DNA of 64,000 nucleotides from Lytechinus pictus. Taxonomy: Eukaryota. Position 1 is the stretch's first letter; each line of letters begins with the position of its first letter. Both the position numbers and the translations under genes were made by a program. The notes below the pieces were generated by a model. The model was given only the letters and a program-made list of their open reading frames with translations, was not told the DNA's origin and searched no databases. The stretch is from the NCBI RefSeq assembly GCF_037042905.1, contig NC_087251.1, positions 6,140,001 through 6,204,000 on the forward strand, written 5' to 3'. Positions 1-11,613 of this stretch are shown here, in pieces.

Positions 1-85
1 ATTAGAAGAGTAAAAACTGAGGCTTGTCAGGAACAATTCTTGCAGAAACTCGCACATGTAAATTATATGTATCCTTTTTCAAGTA

Positions 86-3000
86 GGGTGATTCCATACG
101 TGTCGTACGGGACATTTGGAGAACATTTGACAGTTTTTCAACAAGAAAAACAACAAATTATTCCAGTAAATAAAGATAATCATCAAGTACTACCGATCTG
201 TTAGATGGACCAACACTTCATATGACTTGAATTCACTTCATTATTGATAGAGATTGAAAATAGTAATGTGTCGTACGGACGCAGAAAAATGACTTTTTTT
301 GAAACCGTAAGTTTGTACTCAAAAGTCTGTGAGTTTCACAGAAATTTTTAATAAAAACTAAACTCAAATTGATATTCAATTATCCAAGAACACATATACA
401 CACAAAAGTTTTCAAAATCAACATTAATGAATAAATAAAGCAAATTATAATTTTTGAGAACAATGTGGCGTACGGGACACTCAAAATGTGTCGTACGGAC
501 ATCTCTAAATTAAAGCCAAACTTTCTTACTCTATGTCTCTTTAACGTTTTCAATCAATCAATAAGGCTGATGATAATGATATTCCTATCAAACAAAATAT
601 ATTTACAATGATTGAAAAGACTATTGGCTGAATATTTCTTTCAATATATCACAAACAAAATGCTGTGTCATACGGGACACTTTTGTGTCGTACGGGACAG
701 CATGTGAAACAATTAGCTTTATATTAATAAAAAAGAAAGCGTTATTCAGGGATATATTTGTTACCTTATTCTGTCAATTATATGTAAATTGGGACCAATC
801 ATAACTTTTTTCATAATGGAAATGTGCAACGATTCACATCATTTTTTAAGAGCTAAAAAAAAAAAAAAAAGTGGGGTTTTGTGTGAAGTTAAATGACAGG
901 TTGAGGTAATTGCATATCCGAGTTAGCATGGTTAGTGACATCAGTAATGATCTCCGGTTATACTATTTAAACATTGAATGAATGAAACTGTGTCTGTGTA
1001 GATTATAGGAATAAAATGTTATGATTTTTCATATAAAATCTATAAACATGATATATGTCACGACTGTCCATTTGTAATTCCACAAAAAATCTAAAGAAAA
1101 AAGGCTTTACTATGTTAAAATTTTCTGTATTTCATGGAACCATAGTATTTGTCTTTTTAGCCAACTTTAGAAAAAAAGGAGTTTCGATGTATAAAAAAAA
1201 AAAAAAAAGCAAATGGATAACATGAAAAGGGAGTTTAAAAAAACAGTCAGTATCCTGTGCCTATAGGCCTACAGCAAGGGCATGTTCTTTTAGGTAGATG
1301 TTCCCATCTTCACAGCAAGCTATGTGAATTTTCTGGATCCCGGGAAACTGTGCAGCATTATCCCAGCTTACAATCTCTCGAACCTGTTGCTCAATTTGAG
1401 TTTTGGAGATGTGTATCACTACTGTCTTCTTCAGGAGACGGCAGACTGTGTTTGCAAAGTCTAATGATGACTGAACAACCGATCTTGTGTGCTTCTTACT
1501 CATGACTTCAGCACGAACCGCTGACTTCGCTCGTCCTCCTACCCCATCTACTACTCCTTTGCCATGGCTGGTGGCAAAGTACTTCCACATGAATTTCTTC
1601 TTGTACTTTAAGGAGAGTACCTCTAGTAGCTTCATCATGAACCTGTTCTTGAATTCTGAAGATGGCCCATCTGTCCATATGACCTCTTCACCAGCATCAC
1701 ACTTGTCTGGGATTAGATGTTTCTCATACAAGTGGTGAATGAACACAGCCACTGAATCCTTCGACTTTTCTTTGGAATCGGAACACACAAGAAAGGTCTT
1801 GCACGACCCGTTGTACATCGAAGGTGCTGTAAATAGAGTTACACTGGATCTGCTCCATAATGCGCTCTGAACTTCATCCTGGTATTCGCAAAAGTAGTTC
1901 ATTGCAAAGTCTAGCTGAAGGACACGTTTGGAGGGGTCACATTGGTCTTGATGAAATTTGTTCGCCTGGATACGCTTCAAGTTGACGTGGTGTACCATCT
2001 GAGGATAGGCTTCTTCAACCAGCTCTTTTAACTTGCCAACACAGCTAGCATGGGTCATGCACTGCAATCTCTTGTAGCCCTGCTGATTAGTAACCTCCTT
2101 CCATTCTCTCCAGGACACTTGCTTGGCTGGATCTAATGGCGTGTGCAGTTTTTTTCCTCCTGCACAATCCTCACACCGATTCTGCCAGCACTTGGAATTC
2201 AAGGATGGATCACACAAGGTTGATTCCCAAAAGGTTGAAGAACCATAGTTGATATGAAGGCCCTGTAGCTTGAGAAAAAAGTTTTCATGGATCTTGCACT
2301 TGCACTGATCTGCTGGTGTCTCATGCAGGAGGAGAACATTTGCTGGCCTCAGGGAACAGAATTTTGAGTAACAAACTGCATTTCGAGGGTGAAGATCCTG
2401 ATAGACAGCATGAGCTTCTCTTAGGTACAGCGTGAGATAGTATTTCCTCTTCCGCATCTTCTTCCCTTCAACCCAAACTGTCATCTCATCCTTCATGCCG
2501 GGCATTGTATAAACAATATCAGGTCTGGTGAAGAAGGCTTTTACGAGCTCCGTTGTTTCTTCAGAAAGAGATGTAGGTCCTTGCATTTGGTCTTCCATCT
2601 TTCTTTCAAGGTTTACTCTTACTCTTAGTGAAACGGCATCGACGATAACTGCTTTCTTTCCAGGTGAAGATGGTAGATGTCGCATGACTCTTGACACCGC
2701 CTTTCCATAAGATTGTGGTGTCTGATAGGGATGATATTCCGCTGACTTGGTTGGGGGAGTGGTAGTTGCAGCTTTTCTTTGTCTATATTTCTTCTTTCTT
2801 TCTGCCTCTTTCTTTCTTTCAGCAATCATGTCTTCTCTGGTTTGCTCCAGCCTCTTCTTTGCTCTGTAACAGGCGACTCTCTCTCTCTCACGTAGCTTAA
2901 ACAGCGGATCAGTTTCTTGCTTTTTCTTCTTATAATCCTTACTACATTGTGCATTAGTTTTCTTCGGTTTAACTGGTTTTTCCATTTCTGCAGTAAGTGG

Positions 3001-5101
3001 GAGTGTGGCATCCATATTAATCATCTTGCCCACAGAACCTAATGATATAGATCAAATACTAACAATGTCATAACAAGTCAGATTAGAATTAGACATCTAT
3101 GTTTAAAAGTAGTAAGCTTCAGTCTTTTTTTAAAATCAATTTTGTGTGTTTTTTATTGTTTAAATCCACTAGCATACTTTGAGTGTCGTTTAAAAGTGTT
3201 TGAAGAGTTGAGAAGCCTGAAAATTTGGAGAAATGAGGAAAGGCTGGCTGGCTTGAGTAGCAGAGTGGAGTTGCAGAGCAGTCATGCAGTGGAAAAGACT
3301 TAACTTATTAGAAAGGTTGACTGTTTGAATTCAGGAGTGTACACGGACTGTCAATATACCGAAACATGGTATATTCTCTCCCGCTCTGCGACTCCAATCG
3401 CCGACTCGAGCTAGCCTTTTCTCATCTCAGGAACTACTCAAGCCTCAAAAAGTTTCTGGTTTACTGTCCTTTAAAGGACTACACTAATTTCAGAAAATAA
3501 TACCTTTTAACTTTCCTCTCTTTTATCACTTCTCCATTTCACTTCTACTTCTACCAATATTTCTTAGTCCTTCGAGGACTCACTCATGGCGTACAGTAAA
3601 CTGCTCCCACAATTAGCATGATTAGTATACTTCATTTATCTAATTCACAATTTGATTCTTGACAGATCAAATGCAATATTTGGACCTAAAAATGTGAAAA
3701 TGTCTTGTTGGGGTGGGGAGATTTCTTGTTTTATATTTAATAAAATTCATTTTATGACTCAAATATGGCCCCACTTTCTTCTTGCATCATTCTTCTTGGG
3801 GGTATTATTCATATTCAATTACTAGTACCTTTTTGTATAACTAATATATGGTACCGTCATTATTCTTGGGGCACTATTTTCTCATAATTATCCCATTATT
3901 TTTCATAATTCACTTCCTTCCTGCATCATGATACCTCATTCATGAGCAATTTGCCACCTCTCACGACATTCAAATTCACTGCTCTCAGGCTAATCCACAA
4001 AACATTAAAAACTATGCTGCCAGTTAAATATTATATTTCTTAGAATATTCAGGAATATTGGTACAAATACATAAATCAAAGAAATTACCTCAAATTAATG
4101 ATGTGAACTTGAATGAGCAGATTTCGCTTGTCACCACCTCCTTTGTGAATGGAAATTTCGATGTGGTTGAACATCATTAGTGATCATCAAGGAAAGTTCA
4201 GATTTAGATGATTGATATGTAAATCTTTTTTTGTACATTTTATAATAAATTCACAATAACATGCAAGAGGAAATCCTCTTTCATGCAAGGGTGAACTAAT
4301 TATAAAGGTTTTCTTTTCATGCTCAATGACAAAGCAACTAACCAGCTCTGACCAGTGAAAATCACTAGTTTAGGTGAAGGCATTCACAAAAGAATACATT
4401 AAATCACTAAAATGATTAGAATCACCTTTTTCATGTTATCTGGAGATTAAAACAAATCTATTTAATCACTCAATGCCAATTCCATTGCTTAAAATTCAAC
4501 TGATAATGGTTTCTGGAACTCAAAGTAATAGAATCCTGCAATGAAATACACACACTGTGTCGTACGGGACAATATTTAATAGGACAATTATTGAAAAATG
4601 AAGGGCAGTGATTACATCCTTAGAGGCTAAATCAATCACCCATGGATCAAAGATAGAGAAACTGAGATAGTAAGATTGCATCATCAAAAACAAAAGTGTG
4701 GCAAAAACTTTTGCATTACCATGTGTCGTACAGGACATTGTCAAAAATTGGTTCAGAAAAATCAGGGCTGCCCCTATCATGGATCATGAAAATGTTGTAA
4801 ACAGTATTTGGAATCATAAATGATACATTATTCCATTGACCTGCAATATTTTCAATCATCTCGTGCTTTGCCCATAATGGTTTGGGGTAGTGTTTTTACT
4901 TGACGATTTAATCTGTAAAATTATTGAAAATTTGAAATTCTACTGTTTCCCCCCATAAAAACTATCTCTGACTTCAATTTTGGGCATAAGTCATAATTTT
5001 CATAAAATTTAGGTATCATTGTAAAATATTACACTACTTATGACTTATTGAAAGCATGTTAAAATGTTTCACTTTTTTGAAGTTCTAGTGTGGAATCGCC
5101 C
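86..5101 (-). mobile_element. Full-length Sola2-type DNA transposon (~5.0 kb)
   Basis: Termini GGGTGATTCCA (86-96) and TGGAATCGCCC (5091-5101) are inverted. A 4-bp TSD AGTA sits at 82-85 and 5102-5105. There is an internal transposase ORF and repeated TGTCGTACG(G)GACA motifs near both ends. Confidence 0.85.
1261..3024 (-). CDS. Sola2-like DDD transposase (~587 aa)
   Basis: Uninterrupted ORF from the ATG at 3024. Motifs LDFAMNY..QDEVQSALW, WTDGPSSEFKNRF and FATSHGKGVVDGVGG supply three catalytic Asp. Also a Cys/His cluster (CKCKIHEN, CWQNRCEDC) and a basic coiled-coil N-terminus. Confidence 0.85.
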   Translation of the reverse strand: MINMDATLPLTAEMEKPVKPKKTNAQCSKDYKKKKQETDPLFKLRERERVACYRAKKRLEQTREDMIAERKKEAERKKKYRQRKAATTTPPTKSAEYHPYQTPQSYGKAVSRVMRHLPSSPGKKAVIVDAVSLRVRVNLERKMEDQMQGPTSLSEETTELVKAFFTRPDIVYTMPGMKDEMTVWVEGKKMRKRKYYLTLYLREAHAVYQDLHPRNAVCYSKFCSLRPANVLLLHETPADQCKCKIHENFFLKLQGLHINYGSSTFWESTLCDPSLNSKCWQNRCEDCAGGKKLHTPLDPAKQVSWREWKEVTNQQGYKRLQCMTHASCVGKLKELVEEAYPQMVHHVNLKRIQANKFHQDQCDPSKRVLQLDFAMNYFCEYQDEVQSALWSRSSVTLFTAPSMYNGSCKTFLVCSDSKEKSKDSVAVFIHHLYEKHLIPDKCDAGEEVIWTDGPSSEFKNRFMMKLLEVLSLKYKKKFMWKYFATSHGKGVVDGVGGRAKSAVRAEVMSKKHTRSVVQSSLDFANTVCRLLKKTVVIHISKTQIEQQVREIVSWDNAAQFPGIQKIHIACCEDGNIYLKEHALAVGL

Positions 5102-5199
5102 AGTAGAGGTTTAGTGGAAGAAATGTTAGAATATAAGAGAAATGAACCATTCCTGCACCATCCTTTTCTGAAACTTGGTCATCTTATCTTGAGCAAATA

Positions 5200-5790
5200 C
5201 TATACAAATATACAATGACACCCGAGGATCTGGCTAAAACTATTCGCATCGAAGGAACATCACATAGTACTATTCTCCCGAGGGCCATCGGCCCGAGGGA
5301 GAATAGTACTATGTGATGTTCCTGAGTGCGAATAGTTTTAGCCTGTTCCGAGAATGGGTCATTGTATATTTGTTTTATATCCCTTCCACTCATACCATTT
5401 TACAGCGAAACGATCTTTAATAAGTCGATATAGAACAATCGATGAGAAGTTGAGAAAATGATAGGTCTTGCCGTATGGATCGTCTGTTCAGCGAGCGCAC
5501 CTCGCCCGGTACCTGGTTAGTGCAGCTCGCCGAAAGTTTCCCGTGGCATGCAGTGGAGAGTACCGTCTGGCTGAGCAGCGCTCTGCTCGCATCGCACCGC
5601 ACAGCTCGCGAATTGCGAGGTAGGGGGGGTCAAAAAAACGTATAGTTCACTTTTTCCCTAGGGAAAAAACGGACTATGCGTGACGTCAGCAAGGAAAATG
5701 AACTATTTCATGGCAAACGTTTTTCGTAGTAAAACTATTCCTTTTCTCCTTGTGTACACTCTCAATACAACGATCTTAAGTAAGGGATAT
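5200..5790. mobile_element. Hairpin-ended non-autonomous element (possibly Crypton-like)
   Basis: Imperfect palindrome of ~180 bp at 5201-5379. A second inverted pair ATATCCCTT (5377) / AAGGGATAT (5782) encloses the interior. AATA flanks both sides. Confidence 0.6.
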
Positions 5791-6754
5791 AATAGCCAAT
5801 ATTTCTCTACAACTTGAGTTTGATATTGAAGTTCAAACTCTTCATATCATGTTAGGTATTAGTAATAGTATCAAAATAAAGGAAACACTAAACCTGTGGT
5901 GATGTGAATAAAAATACTGTAAGGAAGTTTCCTTTTTATCATGCCATAAAAAATGTGACAAAGTGCAGGATATTTGATACAATTTTAGATCAGGCAATTG
6001 CAGAAACAATTATGAATTAGTGCGTTTTTTATTTATCCCATTTGATACTTCATCCATGGTCATTAATAGGGTAAAATTTGGGATAAACCTGCTTTGAAAA
6101 TTTTTTTTGTGAATAAACTTATCTTTCTCTCATATTACTACTACAGAAGACATATTTCAAAGTGATAATCCTTGGGATAAGGATTGCAAATACTTTGAAA
6201 AATAACTTTTCAGCACTAAAAATAGAATAAGAGAAGTTTTTAATGTACTGTATTCATTAATTTATTTAGATGCTACTTATAAACTATGCTGATTCAGAGT
6301 GATAAACCTTCTGCTTATTTCAGCATCTAATACCTTAAAGTTTGCAGAAGAAGAATTCAACCTCACAGGTCAACTGCTCTGTGGTGATCTTCAACTTCAT
6401 AAGCATGATGTCATTAGTCATCTAGCAAAGGGATTACCAGCATTGGTGCCGTATCCTTTTACATGATCTATTACTGTATTGATTGTCCCTTTAATTTTCT
6501 TAGACGTTTCACGTCAGCAAGGGCCTGTAAAATGCAATTTTTTTTATAATTAGGCATAGCTGAAGTCTATGGCAAGCTGTATACAATCAGTTACTCTCAA
6601 TTCTTCTTGGGCCTATGTTGTAAATCTTGTTATAAGCTACTGAAACTATTTTGATTTTGATAAACTTTTTATAGAAATTGTGCAATTTTTATTTATGACA
6701 CAGTGCGCTTGCATTCAAGACATGGTAAGCTTCACAATTGTAATATGGCGGTTG

Positions 6755-7360
6755 ACCCACTCATTCAATGAACAAGGTTATGATATAACCTTGTTCTCAG
6801 TTATATCTCCATGTGTGGCAAAATAAGGATGGCAATGTTTGGCTTATTTTCTCTTTTTCTTTGGGACAAATGCTTGATTTTTTTACACTGACAGTTTCCA
6901 TTACACCTATTCGTCATACAACTTGGCCCTTAAGTAAATTTGATTCTTTAAATTATTTTTGTCTTAATTAAAAATAGAGATTAAAAAATGAAAATTTTCT
7001 TACCATATTACTTTCCACCAATAGAGGGCGTACACAAAAATATGCCCAAAATTAAGTTTTTGAGCGCTCTGGTGAATACAAAAATTATTCCCTGGTTACA
7101 AATGAAAAATAAATTGCAACTGTATGGAAATTAGTAATTTTGGTCACAAAAGTGACATTTTAATGAATTTTTAATGTGTGTGCTGTGTACAGCATTGGCA
7201 TAACATAGTCCTACCTGTAGATTCCCCACAGGCAGGATGGTTCGGTTGCAGTGAACAAGTGGGTTGACCATAAACTATACACCCTGAATCTAATCAATTC
7301 AGCAACCTGAACTACCCATGAAATTAAAAGGTGTTTTGGGGCTAACCTGTTTCTTAATTA
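6755..7360. repeat. Dispersed repeat; an interrupted paralog lies at 58298-58315 and 63796-63885
   Basis: CCCACTCATTCAATGAAC and AAGGTTATGATATAACCTTGTTCTC..CTCCATGTGTGGCAAAATAAGG are shared with the flanks of the 58316-63795 insertion. The right boundary is approximate. Confidence 0.55.
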
Positions 7361-8534
7361 TTTCTCTTGCTTCTATTTTAATTTAATTTGTAGTTCATGA
7401 GTGAGAATGCATTATTTCATTTTTATACAATATAAAAGATCTCAAGTTTATTTGTCTTCACGTCAGTATGTAATCTAGTATCATCCTTGATGCAGGAAGT
7501 TAATTGCATGGATGAAGATACATTGTTATTTTTTTAATTCCAAATTTAAGACATTTCTGAGTGCAAAACTTGAACATATTTTGTTATCTTATTTTGAATT
7601 TACATTGTCACCTTAGGAAATTGATTGAGTACATGATGAAAAACATTATTATGCCCTGACCTGAATCTGATTCAGATATGATAAAGATTTTAACCATGAA
7701 CCTACTACTAGGAAAGGACATAGTGCACATTGGGCAGTTCTAACAGGTAACGCATTATATTTATAATAATAATAATGATATTGATATTAATAAGAATAAC
7801 AATTATGATGACTGTGATGATGATGATGATGATTACCTCAAACATAACTTCTTTGTTTCTTTTTTTCCTAATTGTTCTAGGCTGATTATAATAATTATTA
7901 TATTACTTATAATAACAACAACAGAATAGTAATAATGATGATAATAATGTCAAAGAAAATTATGACAATAACTATAATTATGATTATTATTATTATAATG
8001 ATGAAAATGAAAAAAACATGAATTTATTATCAAAAGCGACTTTTGGAGCCCAATTAAATAATCTAGACAGGTATAAGCATACATCTCATGTGCATGCAAA
8101 TCATTTTGCTAAAGATTTGAAATTTACTAGAAGTGAATGAAATTTGTTAAATGAAATCTAATAATATTCCAAGATTTGAAAGATATATGTATTGTAGCTC
8201 TCTATTTTTTTTACCCATTTACAAATTCTTCAAAGACTAAATAAAATTGTTTAAATGTATTAGAGAAATGAGAATGAGATAATTCAGTTCATAAGACATT
8301 GCTTTTTGGGGCCAACAAATGGTACAATAAAAAAACTGCTTTTTGGAGGGAATACTATTTTGATTTCACTCGGGTATTACACGTTATCAGTGTAATTACA
8401 TGAGGTTCTCACCTGCTTTTGTAACAATGTTGGATGAAACTTCCTACATTTCATGGGAAAGCTTACTTACATAAACCTACATTTTCTTTATTGTGATTAA
8501 AGAAACATTTTCTCATGTTAAAATTTACCTGTTA

Positions 8535-9274
8535 TAATTCTCGCTACCCCAAATAGCGATTTCGCCGAGATCCGGGAAAATCCCTGTAACGCGCATTGCA
8601 TTATGGGATAGCTTTTCGGTATTACAACTTCCTGTTCGGAAGTCCAATGCACTGTTTTGCCATTCAAATCACCAGTGCCGTCATGCACAACAACACAACG
8701 TCGCTTTCGCTCGGAAAGTTCATGATCACAACCCTCTCTTTCACGATACAGTTTAACGGCCTTTTCTGCTAAAGTCACTAATTCTGCCCGACGCTTTCCA
8801 TTGCACGGTATTCCTCTGTCAGTTAAGATTTTTTAAAGTTCCGAAACTGATTTTTTATCCATTTTGTGGTCGACGAAAAATTGAACGGAATGAATGCTGT
8901 ATATATTTAGCGTCTAGTCGAATACGATCGTGATGTCAGGCCGGTCGCTAAATGCAAAATTTTAAGATATTCATTTTTTGTTTACTTTTTTTATAACCAA
9001 ATAAAAACATGAATAAAAATTATTTTCACGTGAAATATATATATTTTTTTATTTATAATTCAAATGGAATCAAAACTGACCAAATTAAATAAAAAGTATT
9101 ATAATCTGTACATATTACACTGATTGGCATCCAGCGTGGTGGAAAACTCAGTATCGCGAACCTCGCGCAAGCATGACTCTGAACCGGAAGTGGTGATGAC
9201 GACCCGACGGAGTGAAAATTATCTCGTCTCGCGCATTATGAGATTTTTGTTCCTATTTGGGGTAGCGAGAATTA
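8535..9274 (-). mobile_element. Non-autonomous TIR element with a remnant SAP-like coding fragment
   Basis: 22-bp perfect terminal inverted repeat (TIR) TAATTCTCGCTACCCCAAATAG. The minus strand reads MDKKSVSEL*KILTDRGIPCNGKRRAELVTLAEKAVKLY from ~8862, with an in-frame stop. Confidence 0.7.
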
Positions 9275-10629
9275 ATCACAAACCATGATTTTCATTCAAC
9301 TTAAAATACCCAGGCTTTGTGTTGGTACTACCTGAAGATGTAAATGTTCCACCTTGTTGTCATGGTGACAACATCTCATCCAATATCACCTACACACCTC
9401 CTTGGTCAGATGATATGATGGCCATCCTCCCACATCTCATCAGTAGAGCATCGTTGGTCTTTGTGTTTGCTAGACAGGGTAAAAGTCGTCTTCTTGGAGC
9501 TTGGCAGTATGACATCCTAGCAAGAAGCAATAGGAACTTAATAGAGTACGACCCCACCTTAGAAGGAGAGTATGTTTTTCATGAGGAAGGATTGGCAGCT
9601 GGTTTAGCAGACAAAGCCATCTTGTTAAATGATTGCAATAATTTATGAAGCACTTAATGCTTCTAAGGGCTGCATACTGTTAACCTGGTTTTAGCACTGC
9701 TAAAAAGGAATGCCTTTGGATGTCTTATAATGAGACAGGATCATGATGGAGCTGGCAGTAAAGCCTCTGAATATGTGTGACTGAGTAATGTTGCAGGTGA
9801 ATCATACTAAGTTATTGAAATAATTTGCAATCTCACCCCAACTCAGTTTTGTCTTCTTTTTTTTAAAATGATGAATAAAGTATGAAAAATGGGTCATATC
9901 GAGTTATTTAGGGGTAAAGAAAACTCATCACAAGGACAGACAAGGTTAAAAGGAAGTTGCTCTCGCACAATAATCTGTTGTCTCACACAGGAATTACTAG
10001 GTGCTCAGGGCAGTGTAAACACTGCACTTGCTCTTTTTTCTATGGAATTGGTTATTAATCATCTAGTCCTGTGGCAAGAACTCATCATGGAAAATACCTC
10101 CCACATCAAAGAATGTGATCAATAAATTGGGAGTTTCACTGGCAAAAGGATGAGTGTTTGTTTCTCCACGACCAGCACATTTTCACAATGCCTTGAGCAG
10201 ACAAAGTTTCACGGTTGAACATACATGGCCTTGCTGGAAACGTTCAAGTGACCCTGCTCATGTTTACTTTTTTTCTTCTGGACGAAAATAGGCCATCATT
10301 TCATGCAACTTGACAGCACTGTTATTAAAAAAAAAAAAAAAAAATTACCATTGTAACATTCAATGAACAGTGTTTCTCACAGAAAAGAAAAACTGTTTGA
10401 GCCAATAGTTACATCAGTGCCTTCATTTTTCATGAAACTGTTCCTTGAAAACCATGAAAGATTCAGTTTAGAACCACAGAGTATTGAATTAAATTGTTAC
10501 AATATCAATTCTCTCTGCCCAACACCAGAGTGCCAAAAAACAGATGTTGAATTTACCTCAAAACATATACAGTGGTATGTAATTTTGTCTTTGACAAATA
10601 TTAAACTGATTATTGATATTTGAGATTGA

Positions 10630-11008
10630 TACCCCTTTCATAAACCTATCCTCCAATTAGCCGCCTAAGAGTAATGCGGATAATTCAATAAAAATTGCGT
10701 TCACAAACTCCGAAAATAAGCCGCATTATTTTTACGAGCGCCCGTCCTGAAAAAGGCGGATAGTCGTCATGACAACTGGACACGCCCCCTCCGATGCGGT
10801 TGTGTTGGAAAAGGGTGACCTTGTGACCGCACCATGGCAATTATCCGCATTATTTGGAATGCTTTCATAAACTCAAAATCTTGTCCCGGTGCTGCTATTA
10901 TGCGGATAATAGCAGCATCAGAATAATGCGGATAACTCTGGTCCTCCTCCAATTTTACGACCAAATTATGCTGCTATTAGCCGCATAATTGGGTTTATGA
11001 AAGGGGTA
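10630..11008. mobile_element. MITE
   Basis: TIR TACCCCTTTCATAAACC / GGTTTATGAAAGGGGTA with a probable TA TSD. Internal repeated TAATGCGGATAA-like motifs. Confidence 0.75.
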
Positions 11009-11039
11009 TGAAATTGCAGTTGCTTTCTGATTTAGAATC

Positions 11040-11613
11040 GTAAAATAGCCCCAAAAACGTACATACTGAAGCCCCTTTGATGTGCACTCATCGGAGTAAA
11101 ATCGCATGAAAGCTAGAGCAAAATATATAATAGAATTGAAACTAGACAATGGACGCTAAACAGCGAGCCATGATTGGTTGTCAAGGTAAACAAGTTAGGC
11201 TTAGTACCAGCCGTAAATTGAAACAAAGCAACTAAAATAACGCAAGGGTTCTTACAAACTCCTGGCGCAAATGAGTGAAACTCCTTGCTCGGCTGTACAC
11301 CTTAAACCAAGATGAACAGTATTGTTCAGCGCATGCTTGGTTGCTCAGCAAGTGGTTAGCAATAGCCGAACTACTACCACCATCCGTCGCAGTACTAGTG
11401 GTACTCTTTCTGCATGCATGCGGAGGTTGTGAACGTGCGCTAATTCGACAATTTCTGATAGAGGCGGACACATGTTGGTTAATGTGATCTGCTGAACGTT
11501 GGGTTGTACAGTTCTATTATATATTGTTTTGCTCTAGCGTTTTAGTCATTCATGCGATTTTACTCTGATGAGTGCATATCAAAAAGCTTCAGTATGTCCA
11601 TTTTTTATTTTAC
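11040..11613 (-). mobile_element. Penelope-like retroelement 3' remnant with inverted pseudo-LTRs
   Basis: Minus-strand peptide TTQRSADHINQHVSASIR...SAIANHLLSNQACAEQY..RARSFTHL..RQEFVRTLALF* resembles the GIY-YIG endonuclease C-terminus of Penelope-like elements. Inverted ~100-bp arms lie at 11040-11143 and 11510-11613. Confidence 0.75.

Noticed and set aside
6430..9620. Possible minus-strand spliced transcript from AG..GT-bounded segments near 6525, 7217-7285, 8412-8442 and 9331
   Set aside because: I could not assemble a coherent reading frame or recognise a protein, and one segment lies in a repeat. RNA data are needed.
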